A stretch of DNA of 64,000 nt from Diplonema japonicum (GCA_964019335.1 OZ025725.1:62001-126000); one strand, 5' to 3'. Shown: positions 23,138 to 35,803, counted from the stretch's first letter. Notes: a model not told the origin generated them from the letters alone. Numbers and translations are program-made.

Positions 23138-24169
23138 AAAAAAAAAAAAATGAAAGGGGAAAAAAAAAAAAAAAATGAAGAAAAAAAATGAAGTGTTTTT
23201 TTTTTTTTTTTTTTGATCTTCTACTCCTCTCGGAAAGAACTGGAAAAAAAAGCCCAGAGAAAAAAAGAATGAAAAAAAAAAGTCACATTCACAACAAACC
23301 CACACGCACACTTTTGTTCTCTCTCTTATAATTGCCTAAGTTTGGGTTGGCTTTCTCCCCCGTTTTTCTGCCCCGCCTTACCATGCCCTTACCATCCTAT
23401 GCTCTCTTTTTTTTTCTTTTTTTTTTGGTGGTTTGTTGCGAAGCCCCCCCTCTCCCACCACAACCACCGCTCCTCTCAACGCCAAAATAAATGTTTCTTT
23501 CTTTCTTTTCCCTTGTGAACAGCACTTAATAGTTGTTTGGGGGCATGCAAATCTTTTTTTTTTTTGAATCTTTTTAAAGAGGGAGGGTAACGGGTGAAAC
23601 AAAAATTTGAGGGGGGAAAAAAATGCATGCTCTGGATCCCTTTTTGAAATGAAAAAGAGCCCCACATTAACAATGCAAGAGAAAAAAAAAAAAAAAAGAT
23701 GATGAAAAAAAAAAGAAAAAAATAGGAAACTATCTTGATAAGAAGAACGAAACAGAGAAAATAATCAGTAAAAGAAAACCACACCCCCCATAACCTATAT
23801 TTCCCCCATTTAGTGTTTTTGTCTTGACCGACCCCCTTTTTTTTTGCTTTTTCTTAAGCCGCACTCTCATAATTTAAACCTCCCCCCCCCCCCCCCCCTT
23901 CAACTAATTTCTTTTTTACTTCATTTCTTTTTTTTTTTCTTTTTTGGCCCGGCACGTACAAACAACGGTCAATTTCCTCTTCTTCCTTTTTTTTTGCTTA
24001 CCACAAGGAAAAAAAAAACCCCCCCCAAAAAAAAACCCCTTCACCCCCCCTTTTTTTTTCTCTCAAAATCTCATAATTTGTTTTTTTTTCCTTTTTTTTT
24101 TGAAAACCCCAAACGGTGTTCCTCAACAACAACAAAAAAAAAAAAAAAAACAGCAAAAAAAAAAAAAAA

Positions 24170-25483
24170 ATGACGATCCCCCTTGTAGTGGTAGACGAAC
24201 ACGGAGACTGTCTGCAAGGTCTAGCAACCGCCTTAGCAGCAAAGGACGGGAAAAAATTCGAATTGTTGCTCCATTTCGACTCCCACCCGGACCTCGATTT
24301 CGGGATCTTCCCGAAAAAAATTCTGGCCAATCTCTTTGAAAACAGCGATCTAAGAGCCTGCGTTCCCTACGTGGATGTGGCTACCTGGATTTTACCTGTG
24401 GTGTGTTCAGGAATGGTTCAGGAGGTAATATGGGTCAAACCGCCATGGTCAGAACAAATCAAACCGGGAACGTATCAGCTTGGGATTATCCCGGACAAAA
24501 ACCGGATACAAATCGGCTGCCTGGAAGGTTCTCCCGACGACTGCAAGACGTATTGGGAAAACTCCGGTATTTGGACGGAAAACCTGGATCTCAAAAACAG
24601 CCATTTAACACATTTTAAACTGACGGTTGTCGCAGGCCCCGAAGCCGTTCCCTTGCAAGACATCAAACACCGGACAATCCTCCTCGACATTGACGAGGAT
24701 TACCTGAGTTGTTCCAACCCTTCCATCGAAACCATGAGAGCTTTCCAAGGAACCGTCGTGGTTGAGGATCTGAAGAAAATATTCAAGCCCGCTCTAACAG
24801 ACTCTACAATCTTTTTAAACACTCTCGGGAGGTACGTGGATCAACAGGTTTTCCGGCTTTCACGTGGGAGATCCTTCCACCCCGCTGTCAAAAAGCTCGC
24901 ATCGTTCATCACTAGCGACGAGGAAGAACTTCTCAGAACTATTTGTCTTGAAATGACTGACGTGTACCCCCATACAGAGGTTCCAAGGTTTGCTGACATG
25001 CACGAATTGCCTCATCATGTGGCATCTGCGGTTGAGGTTTCATCGTCGTTAAAGAAAGTTGTTAAGTGCTTGGAAAGCCTTGGGGAAGATTCTGTTCAAT
25101 TAGTTGTTGTTGCGCAGAGCGTGGCGGACGGATACACACCTGCGCAGCAAGCTCCGTTCATACATAAGTGTGTGTTGTCTGAGCTCGATGATTGTTTCGG
25201 TTCGGAGCTGCTCGACTTCCAGCCCTACCCCGCTCACTACAAGGTGCTCCTCTCGCAGAGGCCGTCTTGGTCTTGCTCTTCCCTCGCCGAACGCCCGCAG
25301 ACGCTTACGTACGAGCTGATGTCCGAAGGCAGGATCAGTTTCCCCTCTGCCATCGTTGTGGGTTCCACTTCTTCTGGTCTCGTCCAAGATGACGACGGTC
25401 TTCCTCTCATCCCGTGGGAGGCCGTTCGGACCCTCGCACCCATCGACGATGCGCATTTGGATTTAGAAGGGCATCACGTATAG
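24170..25483 (+). CDS. UPF0489 (C5orf22-like) family protein
   Basis: VVVDEH, LLHFDSHPDL, ATWILP, ILLDIDEDY, SVADGYTP motifs. Confidence 0.8.
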   Translation: MTIPLVVVDEHGDCLQGLATALAAKDGKKFELLLHFDSHPDLDFGIFPKKILANLFENSDLRACVPYVDVATWILPVVCSGMVQEVIWVKPPWSEQIKPGTYQLGIIPDKNRIQIGCLEGSPDDCKTYWENSGIWTENLDLKNSHLTHFKLTVVAGPEAVPLQDIKHRTILLDIDEDYLSCSNPSIETMRAFQGTVVVEDLKKIFKPALTDSTIFLNTLGRYVDQQVFRLSRGRSFHPAVKKLASFITSDEEELLRTICLEMTDVYPHTEVPRFADMHELPHHVASAVEVSSSLKKVVKCLESLGEDSVQLVVVAQSVADGYTPAQQAPFIHKCVLSELDDCFGSELLDFQPYPAHYKVLLSQRPSWSCSSLAERPQTLTYELMSEGRISFPSAIVVGSTSSGLVQDDDGLPLIPWEAVRTLAPIDDAHLDLEGHHV

Positions 25484-25500
25484 ACTCGTTTTTTTTTTTT

Positions 25501-28500
25501 CTGGGCTCAGATCACCGCTGCTTGGCAGTGACCCTCGACGTCCCGGCCTTCCACCAGGAAGTCCTGAGATATGTGGCGCCGCAGGAGATCCCGAAGACGA
25601 AGAAAGCGCCTGCCGCGGTGGCGGCAAACCTGGTGCAGGAGTCGAGATACAAGGAGTACATCGCAGCAAAGAAGCCGACAGAAGCGCTGACGGAAATCTC
25701 GAACATGGCGGAGACATACCTCTTACATGGGTACGAAGGACCATCACGAGGATCGTACACAGGGAGGGGAAACGTGCGGAGGCCAATACCCATGGAACTA
25801 AGCGCGAGGTCGACGGGGACGGCAGTCGGGGCTGCCCCCAACAGGCAGATACGGCTCGAGAAGCTCAAGAAGAAGATACGAGCAGGACGAGACAGGATAT
25901 CGCGACTGCAGGAGGAAGGAGGCTGCGGAGTGATGTCGACAGAGACCCGTAACTTGTTGAGGAACATCTCAAAGCTAGGAGGAGAGCTGGGGATAGAACA
26001 CTGCCGTGTGGACGACGCAGAGAGCGTAGACGTGATCCAGGAGGACCTAGAAGTGGCTGAATGCTTCACCGAGGGAGAGCTTGCTGACCTGATAACGAGC
26101 AGGAAAAGAGCACAAACGCGTGCCTACGACGTTCGATCCGCACAAACTTCGCGAAGGAGAGAAGGCACGTGACGGCCTGGATGAATAACAGCACCAAGCA
26201 AGGGACACAAACAGTGGATGCAGCAGACGGGGGAGTGACGGCCAACCTGAAGAAGATGGACAAAGTGATGCGGACGGCGTGGTCGGACATCTTCTGCGCA
26301 CGAACACCAGAAGACGAGCCGCAGTTCGACGAGTTCCAGAGACGGTGCGGTGAGCACATCAAGAGCAACCCGATGGCACACGCCCCCATCGACGCCAAGC
26401 TGCTGAAAGAGGTGATCGGTAAGAAAGCGGACAAGGGGGCATGCGGCGTGGACGGCTGGCGGATTGGTGAGTTGAAGCGCCTGCCGGCTCCGATCCTACA
26501 AGCGTTTGCGGACCTCTTCAACTTGATAGAGGAGACGGGCGAATGGCCGATGCAGGTCACGACGGCACTCGTATCCCTCATCCCAAAGGGGGAAGGAACG
26601 GCACCTCTGGATCACCGACCGATCACAGTGACCAGTACCATTTACCGGCTGTGGGCAAGTGCACGACTGGTGCAGGTACTGAAATGGCAGGAGAGGTGGA
26701 TCACACCACGACAACATGGTTTCAGGCCTAAACACAGCACGACCTCGGCGCTGATTGACTTATGCACGAAGCTAGAACTGGCACTGGTGGAGGACGAGCC
26801 GCTAGAAGGACTTGCATTGGACTTCAGGAAGTGCTTCGACCTGGTCCCGCAACAATTGTCGCACGAACTGATGCTGGCCCTGGGACTAGACCCAGCAATC
26901 GCACGAGCACTCCAAGGAATGTACGGGCAGATCTCGAGGAGATTCAAGTTCCCCATAGGAATAGGGGCCACCTTTAAAGCAACGAATGGGATACTCCAGG
27001 GGTGCCCGCTGTCGGTGATCATTATAAACGCCTTACTGGCGGTGATGATCAGGACAATCGAGAAGGAAGCACCTGGAACGGAGGTTCTGTCCTATGCAGA
27101 TGACACGTACCTTCTGGCAGAGTTGGAGAAGACCTTGCAGGCTGCGGTAAACGGAACTTTGGAGTTCTGCGGACTCACTGGGATGAAGCTTAACCCGGAG
27201 AAAACGGTAGCGTTTGGCACGAAGAAGGGCTTCCGGTCAAAAGTGCTGGGTGATAGGACAGTAACACAGAAAGGGAGAGAGGTCGCAGTCCCCTATAGAA
27301 CAGTGACGTCGTTCAAGGCACTGGGCGTGATGGTGTTCACGAACAGGACAGGAACGACGTGGAACGAGCCAGCGACGGAAGCGGCCAACAAGCTAGACCG
27401 GCTGGGAGGGACAAGCCTGTCCTTCGAAACAAAAGGATACCTGATTGGAACATCGGTCTTGCCGTCGTGCCTCTACAGCAGCCCGTTCTCCCCTCCGAGT
27501 GATGAGGCGCTGAAGAAGCTAACAACGAGAGTGACCTGCAACCTATGGGGGCCTCACTTCCGAGGACGATCGCCTGCAGCGGTGAATACGGTTTTGCTGA
27601 AAGGACACATCAATGACCCGTTGTCCTACGTCATCTGTCACTCGCTGAACGTGATATCGAGCGCGCTGGAAAGGACAGGTCTTGGACAGAGAGTACGACA
27701 AATAGTGCAGAGGTACGGCTCACAGAGGGCCCCCTTGGGACCGGTGGGGAATCTGATATGCAGGTGGATGCCGAGAATCGGATGGGACTGGGAGAAGATG
27801 GAAATAGCCACAGAACTTGAGTGGCCCAAGCGAGGAAGCGCCTTCAGGGCGGCTGTAAGGGCAACCAGGAGTGCGACACTAGCAACGGAACGGAAGACGG
27901 TCAGCGGACTCGGGGAAGGAGCAGATCCCAAAACGAATGACCTCTGGAGGACAGCTAAAGATCGCCATCTAGCTTTCTGTATCAAGAGGGTAATTGCGGG
28001 AGGGATCCCCTACCTAAGTCCGTATGCCAGAGCAGGACCAAAGTGTGTACCCCCCACGAATGAGGACGACGAGTCCGAGGGACGGAGCGAAGAAGAGGAA
28101 GATCAAGACGAGCCAGCGGCGCATGAAGGACAAGACGAGTCGGGATTTGAATGTGACCTCTGCCCGACCAAGCATGCGGACACAGTAACACTGCTACGCC
28201 ACCAGCTGTACGAGTGCCCGCCAGCACGAGAGGAGCTGATACGGGAGGAGATGGAACCACTGCGCGACAGGACGGGATGGCCGCTCTGCCTCGAGCTGCA
28301 TGCCATCCTACCAAGGGGGAACGGGTTCGAACACCTGGAGAAGCTGCAGCGATACCTGGCAATGGTGGTGGAAAAGCGGGACGAAGGGCTGATGCAGGCA
28401 GAAGGCGGCAACAAGAAGCTACCATGGGAGCGGGAAGTGACAGGCAAAGTGACCCCGGTACCGACGACAGCACAGCTGGGGACAGTGGTGGGACTGCTGG

Positions 28501-29002
28501 AGCAATTCGGGGAGCCACTACTGACTACTGGAATGGATGGGAAAGCTGCGATGGGTGGAGGGCGACACCGACTCGGAGGTTTCGGCAGCTGAACTTGCAC
28601 TCGACTTTGAGGAGACAACCGGTAAGTCACTGGGAGTCTACAACATGCAGAAGAAGGCACGCAGAATCAAGCTGTTGGTGGAGAGAGCCAACGCAGTGTG
28701 CAGAACGAGACGGATAAGACGCCCCTTCCCAGCGGACGGGGCAAAGAGGGTCAAGTCGCTCACAGCGATCGGAGGCAAGGCTGCAATAGGCTTTAACAGG
28801 AGACCGATCTTCGCATCAAGACAGACAGCGCAAAAGCTACAGGAGTTGAAAGGGACATACAAGAAAGAACGCGTGTCGAGACTACGAAAAGCTTTAAAGG
28901 CGACAATAGGAACGAGGGCTATGCTCCAGAAGGGGAGCATTAATAGATAGGAACTCACACCACAAGAGGCTGTCCTCGAGTGGGATTGTCTTTTACTATG
29001 AG
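25501..29002 (+). mobile_element. 5'-truncated, frameshifted non-LTR retrotransposon (APE remnant, RT, CCHC zinc knuckle)
   Basis: Starts at GSDH (end of APE endonuclease). RT motifs IPKG, RPIT, QHGFR, LDFRKCFD, GILQGCPLS, YADD, LNPEKT. Zinc knuckle CDLC...H...C. Frameshifts near 26120 and 28520; flanked by T12 and T27. Confidence 0.9.
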
Positions 29003-29152
29003 TTTTTTTTTTTTTTTTTTTTTTTTTTTACATTGATGATATTTCCATTTACCCGAAACCGACTACCGTTTTTCCGGTATTTTTTTTACCCCCTCCCCCT
29101 TTTTTTTTTCTGCACCCTCACAAAAAACAGCAAAATACGAGGGGAGAAGGGG

Positions 29153-29184
<32 letters not shown>

Positions 29185-29189
29185 CAGAA

Positions 29190-30557
29190 ATGCCCCCGAA
29201 AAAACAACAACAAGTGGTACCTGAAGAGAAGGAGGCACCCGAAGAGGAGGAAGAAGAGGAAGAGGGCAGCCTCAGCGATCAAGAAGGTTGCGCGGACCCC
29301 GAAGGCGACAAGCTTCCGGAGAACTACGAGCTGGTCTCAAGAGAAGCGGGGTGGAAGAACCAACAGCCGACACACAAGGCACACGGCATCTCATACACAG
29401 TGGAATCAAAACCGGGGAGGATGTTCGTGCTGTTCGGCGGAGAACCGTCCACCCACAACATAGTGTATGAGTACGAGGTGACGTCGTACCGATGGGCGAC
29501 ACACACCATTACAGGAGCAGTACCTACATCACTGTCTTCACACTGCCATGCAATATTCAACAAATTTTTGTACATATGGGGCGGGACCGGGAAATCGGGC
29601 TTCACGCCATCCTTGTACCGTTTGAACACAGAAACTTATTCGTGTGAAAATCTTGATCTCCTTGTGAAAGGAACTCCGCCGTTCTTCACGCATGCAACAT
29701 CGTCCGTTCGCAATGGTGTGTTGTACTGCTTCGGTGGCCGCAGCAACACTGAAAAAATTTCAAATGAAGTGTACGCCCTTGACCTTTCCAGTATTACTTG
29801 GAGTGTTGTGGAGACCGATCCGTCCCCTGTGTACGATGAGACACAGCAGTTGCTTCACTACAAACAAGGATGCCTCGAATGGAATGCTCGGCCGATACCA
29901 AGGTACTCCTCTGCAGCTGCCATTCTCGGGGGCGACTTATATGTCCTTGGTGGCCACGACACCATTGGATCGCAAACACCTTCCACCTCGATGGAGCCGG
30001 CTCATGTTATATTCAAACTGAACTTGACGCTGAGAAAATGGTGCGCGGTGTGCACTACAGGCGATGTCCCGCCTACTGCCATCTTCGGGCATTCGTTGAC
30101 CGTGGTCAAAGGTGCTTTATTCTGCATTGGCGGGTTTCGTTCACCTAACATACATGTTTTCGATGTGGGTAGAAACATGTGGACAATACCCATCGGGTCT
30201 GCAAAGCATCCTCCTCCATTGAAGGTAAACGAAAGGGTGCAGGTGTTGAATCCTGCCATTGGTGGGCGGCATAAAGGGACTTCCTGGACAGAATGCCGCG
30301 TAACCAATTTGCGGAAAGACGGGTCTTACGATCTGTTCGTCCCGCCGGCGAAGGGCTCGAAACTGCAGGGGGCCGTTACCGAGGTGCCCCGTTCCTCTCT
30401 GCGGAAGCTCGTTGCTACCCTTTTCCCCCCCCGCTCGAACTGTCTTGTTGAGCCCGTTAAAGGTCACGTCGTCATCTTCGGCGGGCAAAACCTCTCCTCC
30501 AGCAAACGGTACCAAGACACCCACACCATCGCCATCGTTAAGAAGGGCTGCGTTTGA
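29190..30557 (+). CDS. Kelch-repeat protein with an inserted Tudor/Agenet-like segment
   Basis: Repeats FVLFGG, LYIWGG, LYCFGG, LYVLGG, LFCIGG, VVIFGG; segment LKVNERVQV...WTECRVTNLRKDGSYDL. Confidence 0.85.
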   Translation: MPPKKQQQVVPEEKEAPEEEEEEEEGSLSDQEGCADPEGDKLPENYELVSREAGWKNQQPTHKAHGISYTVESKPGRMFVLFGGEPSTHNIVYEYEVTSYRWATHTITGAVPTSLSSHCHAIFNKFLYIWGGTGKSGFTPSLYRLNTETYSCENLDLLVKGTPPFFTHATSSVRNGVLYCFGGRSNTEKISNEVYALDLSSITWSVVETDPSPVYDETQQLLHYKQGCLEWNARPIPRYSSAAAILGGDLYVLGGHDTIGSQTPSTSMEPAHVIFKLNLTLRKWCAVCTTGDVPPTAIFGHSLTVVKGALFCIGGFRSPNIHVFDVGRNMWTIPIGSAKHPPPLKVNERVQVLNPAIGGRHKGTSWTECRVTNLRKDGSYDLFVPPAKGSKLQGAVTEVPRSSLRKLVATLFPPRSNCLVEPVKGHVVIFGGQNLSSSKRYQDTHTIAIVKKGCV

Positions 30558-30665
30558 AGGAAATGAGAAACCCTCTTACGAGGGTTAATGTAGCGTCATT
30601 TTTCTTTTCTTTTTTTTTTTTGTGGTGTTCTTTTGAGTAAACTCAAAAATAGAAGGGAGAGCAGC

Positions 30666-33600
30666 ATGCAGCAGGCATATGAGCGTCAGATCGCCCTGCT
30701 GCAAAATCAAGTTGGTATCTTCTGGAAGCTCGCAGAAAACCGAAAACAGCAGCTGGAAGGGTTGAAAAAGAAAGAGGAAAACGATGCGAGCGACGCGGAG
30801 ACCCGGCTACGGGAGGGCGTCAAGGAGTACAAGAAGCAGCACGGCACGAAGGGGGTGGTCAGCGCAGTTGCCAGAATACTCGTCGAAGACGGCGAAGGTT
30901 GGGGACAGGTCTCAGCGGACTTCAAGGCAGTCGGGATGGGCGTAGCAGGAAGACGGAACAGCGCAAGTCAGATCAAACGATTTGCCGACGGGCTTGCCGA
31001 AGCTTCAGTAGGTGAGGGCCACGACGTGGAGCAAGTCTTTTACAAGCCAAGCTGGCGGCCGATCCTCGACCATTGGGGCACCATAGACGAGCTCAAAACC
31101 TGGCTAAACCCTTTGGGCCTCAGGTTGTGGCCTGAAAAGATTGTCCGAAACATGCTACACGACACACGACTCTTAACCAAAAACCATGCCTTCTCCCAAC
31201 CCTCACACATCGTTGCACCTTTAGCTGTTTACACTTTCCAGCTGTACCAACCAACTATATTTGTTGTTTGGACTGGCACTGTGTGGGAACTGCTGCCTGA
31301 AACACCGTTCAGACCAACGTCTGCTTCGTTGTACCTCAAGGCCTCCGTGGCAGGTCTTATCTCTGAAAACCCTGACACGCTGCTCCACACGGTGTTCCGT
31401 CCTGAGGTGTCGCACTTCGGTCTCACCCTCTACACTTCTCCAGAATCACCCGACACATGCTTGTTAGAGTACACCAACACAGCTACAAGCTCTGTCGTGT
31501 CTCCATTCAGGGACACCGTGCTGTGGATGCCTCCTTACGAGGTGATCCGTGAGGACGGGTTTCAATGGGTACCAAGTGGGGTGATAGAGTACATATTCAG
31601 CAGGGACTACAGGGAAACCCTGCGCAGTGTGGATCTCGGGGGCAGTGACATCTGGGAAGCGCGGCCCTTTGAGGACGACATGATTGCTGAGCTGATCGAA
31701 GAAGTGGAGGGCGCCAACAATATGTTGGTAGTTAATCAGAAGATCGAGGAGCATATAAAGGTTGTGATGGAAACGGGACACCCTGCCGTCGCCGAGATAC
31801 TGAAGGTGAGGCTCAGGGACGTGGGTGACGTCACGCCGCAGCTTGTTCTCAACGTGCTTAACATGCAGCAGATAACGTACGACGGGCGGCTCTACATCGC
31901 ATCGCTGACTGCTTGCGGGAAGTCGCCAAGGGTTCTCTGTACACCCACGGGCTCGTCTTGCATTTGCTACCAGCGTCTCGCTGCGTCCTGCAACGAGCAG
32001 ATCTTCCGCCTCATCAACCACACAATGCGTGCGATCCAGTGCAACGAGACATCGCCCGTCCTCACCATCGACGGGTTAGGGGAGCTCAGCGGGGATTATG
32101 TGGACGGCGGTGCCGTCGCTCCGTTCACATTGCGGTCCAACGTCATCGATGCAAAAGCGCAATGGAGCAAGGGGGTCTTCCTCGTCTCAGCTGGGGGCAA
32201 GCCCGCCCTCACCGTGACCGACAACTGGACGCTCAAAGCCAATGGCTCAATGATCCGCCAGGTACAGTGCTTGATCTACTTCATCGATAGTGCATTGGCC
32301 TACATTCCTACTACGTCGACTGTCAAATGCTACCGCGGGCTGGCCAACGCGTCTGTGCCTCAGTACAAGAACGGAGCTGTGCTGCTTTGGGCTGCCTTCA
32401 GCTCTACTTCGTTAGACGCATCAGCAGCGTGCTCTTTCGGGCAGGGAACCGTCTTCTCTGTGCGTGCTGGAGGTGCGAAGAGCATTGCAAAGTGGAGCCG
32501 CTTCTCACGAGAGCGCGAGCTTCTCTTCAAGGCCAACACATGGCTGCAGGTGTCCAACGCCCTCACGTCGGAGTTGGCCGAGCTTGCTGGCGTCAATGCA
32601 AAGTCCCAGCTCTTCGAGCTAGACGTTGTGACGCAGACAGCTGTGCACTGTGCTAGGCTGCGCACTCTCTTTTCGAGAGTCCGCTCCGCGTCATGTGCCA
32701 GCATTCTCTTCCAACTTGAGGAAGCCCTCTGCACTGGTGACTGCATCGCTGATCTCTCGCTCCCGTCGCCTTCAGTTGGGGAAGCCGCCCCCACCTGGCA
32801 GGTCTTCGTTACCCCCGAAAACGGGAACTGTCCTTGCTTTGCACCCTCGCAATGGACGCCTGTGCCCGCAGAGATGGTGCACCACATCACGAAGCTACTT
32901 GACATCCGGACTACGATACCGGTGCAAGGGTGTGCCCACAGGGAAAAAACCTATAGTAACCGGCAGCACACGCCGCCTGAGTTAGAGATCAGCTCATTAT
33001 CAACAAGCGTGCGTGGCCCGGTGGGATGCGCTGCCCTCAAAGCCGCCATGTGCCTCTTGAACATCGAGAATGGCAAGATGACTGACGTCACAATCCCAAC
33101 AGCAGAACCTGAGCAGAAGGTGTCCGACACTCACCTCAGTATTACGGTCAGCGGAAGGGATACCACCGACGGAGTGCCCACATCGTGGAGAGCAGCTGTA
33201 AAGTTCCGGAAGACAGGCGGACGGCGGAGCCTCGCTGCTGGAATGGAAGGAGCGTGTCTTGTGGCGGCGGCATTGGAACTCAGAGTCCCGCTTCGGGAAA
33301 TCAACCTGCGGAACCACCGGATCCCTTCAAGGGGCGTGTCGGTTTTGCTGGAAGCGTTGCGCAAGAGCAACACCGTGGTTGAGTTGGAACTGGGCAACTC
33401 ACTACCACTGCCAAGAAAGCCGTACAGGACACAGTTCGTGGGGAAAGGGTGGATGGTGCTCAGGAAGTACATGCACCTTGTGCTGCCATGGTACGATGTG
33501 CATGTTGAGTCAGCGCTGAGGCTAAGATGCATGGTGCACAGACACAACACGCTGAACATAAAACAACTGAAACTGTTTGCCAACTGGGAGGAGGTGGTGG

Positions 33601-34512
33601 TACGTGCCCTTTGGGACATGCCAGATGTGATGGACGTGCTTCCCGTGCAGCAACTAATGGGCACCAAGGAGCTGGAGGTGCTGCTGCTCAACGTCGGCAG
33701 GGCTTGGAAGCTTCGCATGGGAACCAACCCCAGCCACCTGCTCATCGGTGCTGTAAAGGCTGGCCACGCTGCCCTGGTCGACAAACTGGTATCCACAAGA
33801 CAAAAGAAATAAATGAATAATAATACAGCTTGACATATTCCCTTTCGAGCTGGATACTGTGTGCGATACAGAAAACCATACACCGCTGTTCTACGCCAGC
33901 CGGCACCAAGCGTTCAACTCCAAGGTGGGCGTCAGGAGCTTAAAGAGACTGTTCACAGAACGCGCTCTGAAACAGCAGAGCAGGTACAACGGCTGGACAC
34001 CCCTCCACGTCGCCGTGAACGGGTACAACTCATGTATGGCACGGACATACAATATACACACGTTACACACAGGCACTGTGGTGGCATTGCTTGAGATGAA
34101 CGCAGATGCCAATGTGCATGACTATGAGGGAAGGACACCTATGGGGCTGGCAGCGTCTCTTGGGTTCCAGTCTTTGGTAGACACGTTAAGGGAATACACG
34201 GACACACCATCCGGGCTGCAAAGGGCAACAAGGTTAAGTAAACGCGAGAAGAGCTACAAAAACCTAAAAGCCTTCCTCCACAAGGAGCCTGCAGCGCCGG
34301 TCGCCGACATCATCATCGAAGATCGATCCGCCAAGCGCCTCCAGTTGCAATGGCGCGCCTACAAAGGACGACAGGCTGCGGAGGAGCTTTCAAAGAAAGG
34401 TACCCTCACCGCCGAAGATCAGCACAAGATCTCCGTCTTTCACAAAACAAGCGAAGCAGCGAACATAGTTTCCACCGTGTGGACGGGCACACACCGGTCA
34501 CGGGGGCTGTGA
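30666..34512 (+). CDS. NAD:arginine-type ADP-ribosyltransferase domain protein with LRR, ankyrin and IQ motifs; introns 33789-33828 and 34034-34072
   Basis: R-S-E catalytic signature CYRGL / FSSTS / ERELLF. LRR-like LREINLRNHRIPSRGVSVLLEAL. Ankyrin TPLFYAS, GWTPLHVAV, EGRTPMGLA. IQ-like LQLQWRAYKGR. Confidence 0.8.
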
Positions 34513-34555
34513 ACATTGGTTTACACTCGCTTCCCCCCCCCCCCCCCCCCCCCCC

Positions 34556-34671
34556 TAGGGCTATGCTGGCAGGAAACGTGGAAATGTTTCCGTTCCCGTT
34601 TCCGTTTCCATAAGAATTTTGAAAAGTATGGAAACGGAAACGTTTCCACGTTTCCTGCCAGCATAGCCCTA
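34556..34671. mobile_element. MITE with TAGGGCTATGCTGGCAGGAAACGTGGAAA terminal inverted repeats (hAT-like TAGGG ends)
   Basis: Near-perfect 116-bp foldback; second copy at 44488-44575; flanked by C/G runs. Confidence 0.75.
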
Positions 34672-34940
34672 GGGCCCCCCCCCTAAGTAACTCGTCCCCC
34701 TCGCTATTTTCTCTCCTTTTTTTTTTTATATCTGTATTCCTTCTGTTTTATGGGAGAAAAAAAAAAGAAAAGGAAAGAAACAAAACTGTTTCTTTTTGCA
34801 AGAACGAATCTTTGACTTGTCTAAACAAAAGGGGAACGTTGGCAACATGTTTACGGGTTGACAAACTTCTCGGAGTTTTACCTAGGCACGTACACACAAC
34901 GGCCAGTTCCTCTTTTTTATTTTATTTTTTATACTTTTAT

Positions 34941-35803
34941 ATAACTCGAGCTGGGTTTTCAAGGGTGGGAGTGAAAATAAGATTTTACATTATGTCACTC
35001 CCAGCTTTATTTTCACTCCCAGTTTACCTTGAAATTAGGCCCAGGAGTGAGATAATGTTCAAGCGTGAAATAATGTAACATTATTTCACTTCTGGGCCTA
35101 ATTTCACCTATTTTTACAATGGGAAGGATGCCGAAGGCAATGGGCAAAAAGGCGAAGGATACAAAGGCAGCGGCGTCGAAGATCGTGAACGCCAGCTTGT
35201 CATGAAAAGCACCAGCACTTATGAAGCATAGTGGTACCGCTTTTGCTCTTTTCACAACTTTAGAACAACAAGATCGAAAAGCCCGACGGAAGACGAGTAT
35301 TGTATTTCCAAGATATGAAGTACAATTTGGCAAGTTACAGCAAGATCAACGAAACTTCCGTAAAAAATGCAGAGCTTTCCCAGGGTTGCACTTTTTTTGA
35401 AGGCCATGAGGTGAAAAAAGCTTCGGTGTTTAGTCAGGAACAAATGAAAGAGTATCTGGCAATGCAATTCAGCGACCCCTACAACATAGTGCGCCAGGCA
35501 TATGCAGCTTGCATGTTTGCAAGAGGGATGAGGACAAAAGAGTCGCACAACCTGAAATTTAGCGATGACACTCTGTAACCCAAATCCCACTTTTCACCTG
35601 TTGTAACCCTGTAACCTCCCACCCTTTCAAACCCGGCTCTTGTATTAGTGAAAATAAGAGCATTATTCCACTTGTGGTGGCAGGTTTAACTCGTAGCTTT
35701 TTACTTCACGAGCGAAGAGAGTGAAGTAAAAAGCTACGAGTTAAACCCCCTGCCACCACGCGTGAAATAATGCAATCTTATTTTCACTTAATAAATAGCT
35801 AAT
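34941..35803 (+). mobile_element. Crypton-like tyrosine-recombinase element, copy A (decayed)
   Basis: Inverted repeats 34941-34971 / 35616-35645; broken YR gene; hairpin 35643-35793; terminal ATAAATAGCTA (reverse complement of TAGCTATTTAT). Confidence 0.75.
35119..35578 (+). pseudogene. tyrosine recombinase pseudogene (N-terminal half to box I)
   Basis: STYEA*WYRFCSF and KKASVFSQEQMKEYL...MFARGMRTKESHNLKFSD (box I G-x-R-x-x-E-x-x-x-L), with stops and frameshifts. Confidence 0.75.

Noticed and set aside
26169-26172. Overlapping GTGA start/stop as a two-ORF LINE junction
   Set aside because: APE end and RT normally share one ORF; the downstream frame is already open from about 26090, so this is a decay frameshift.
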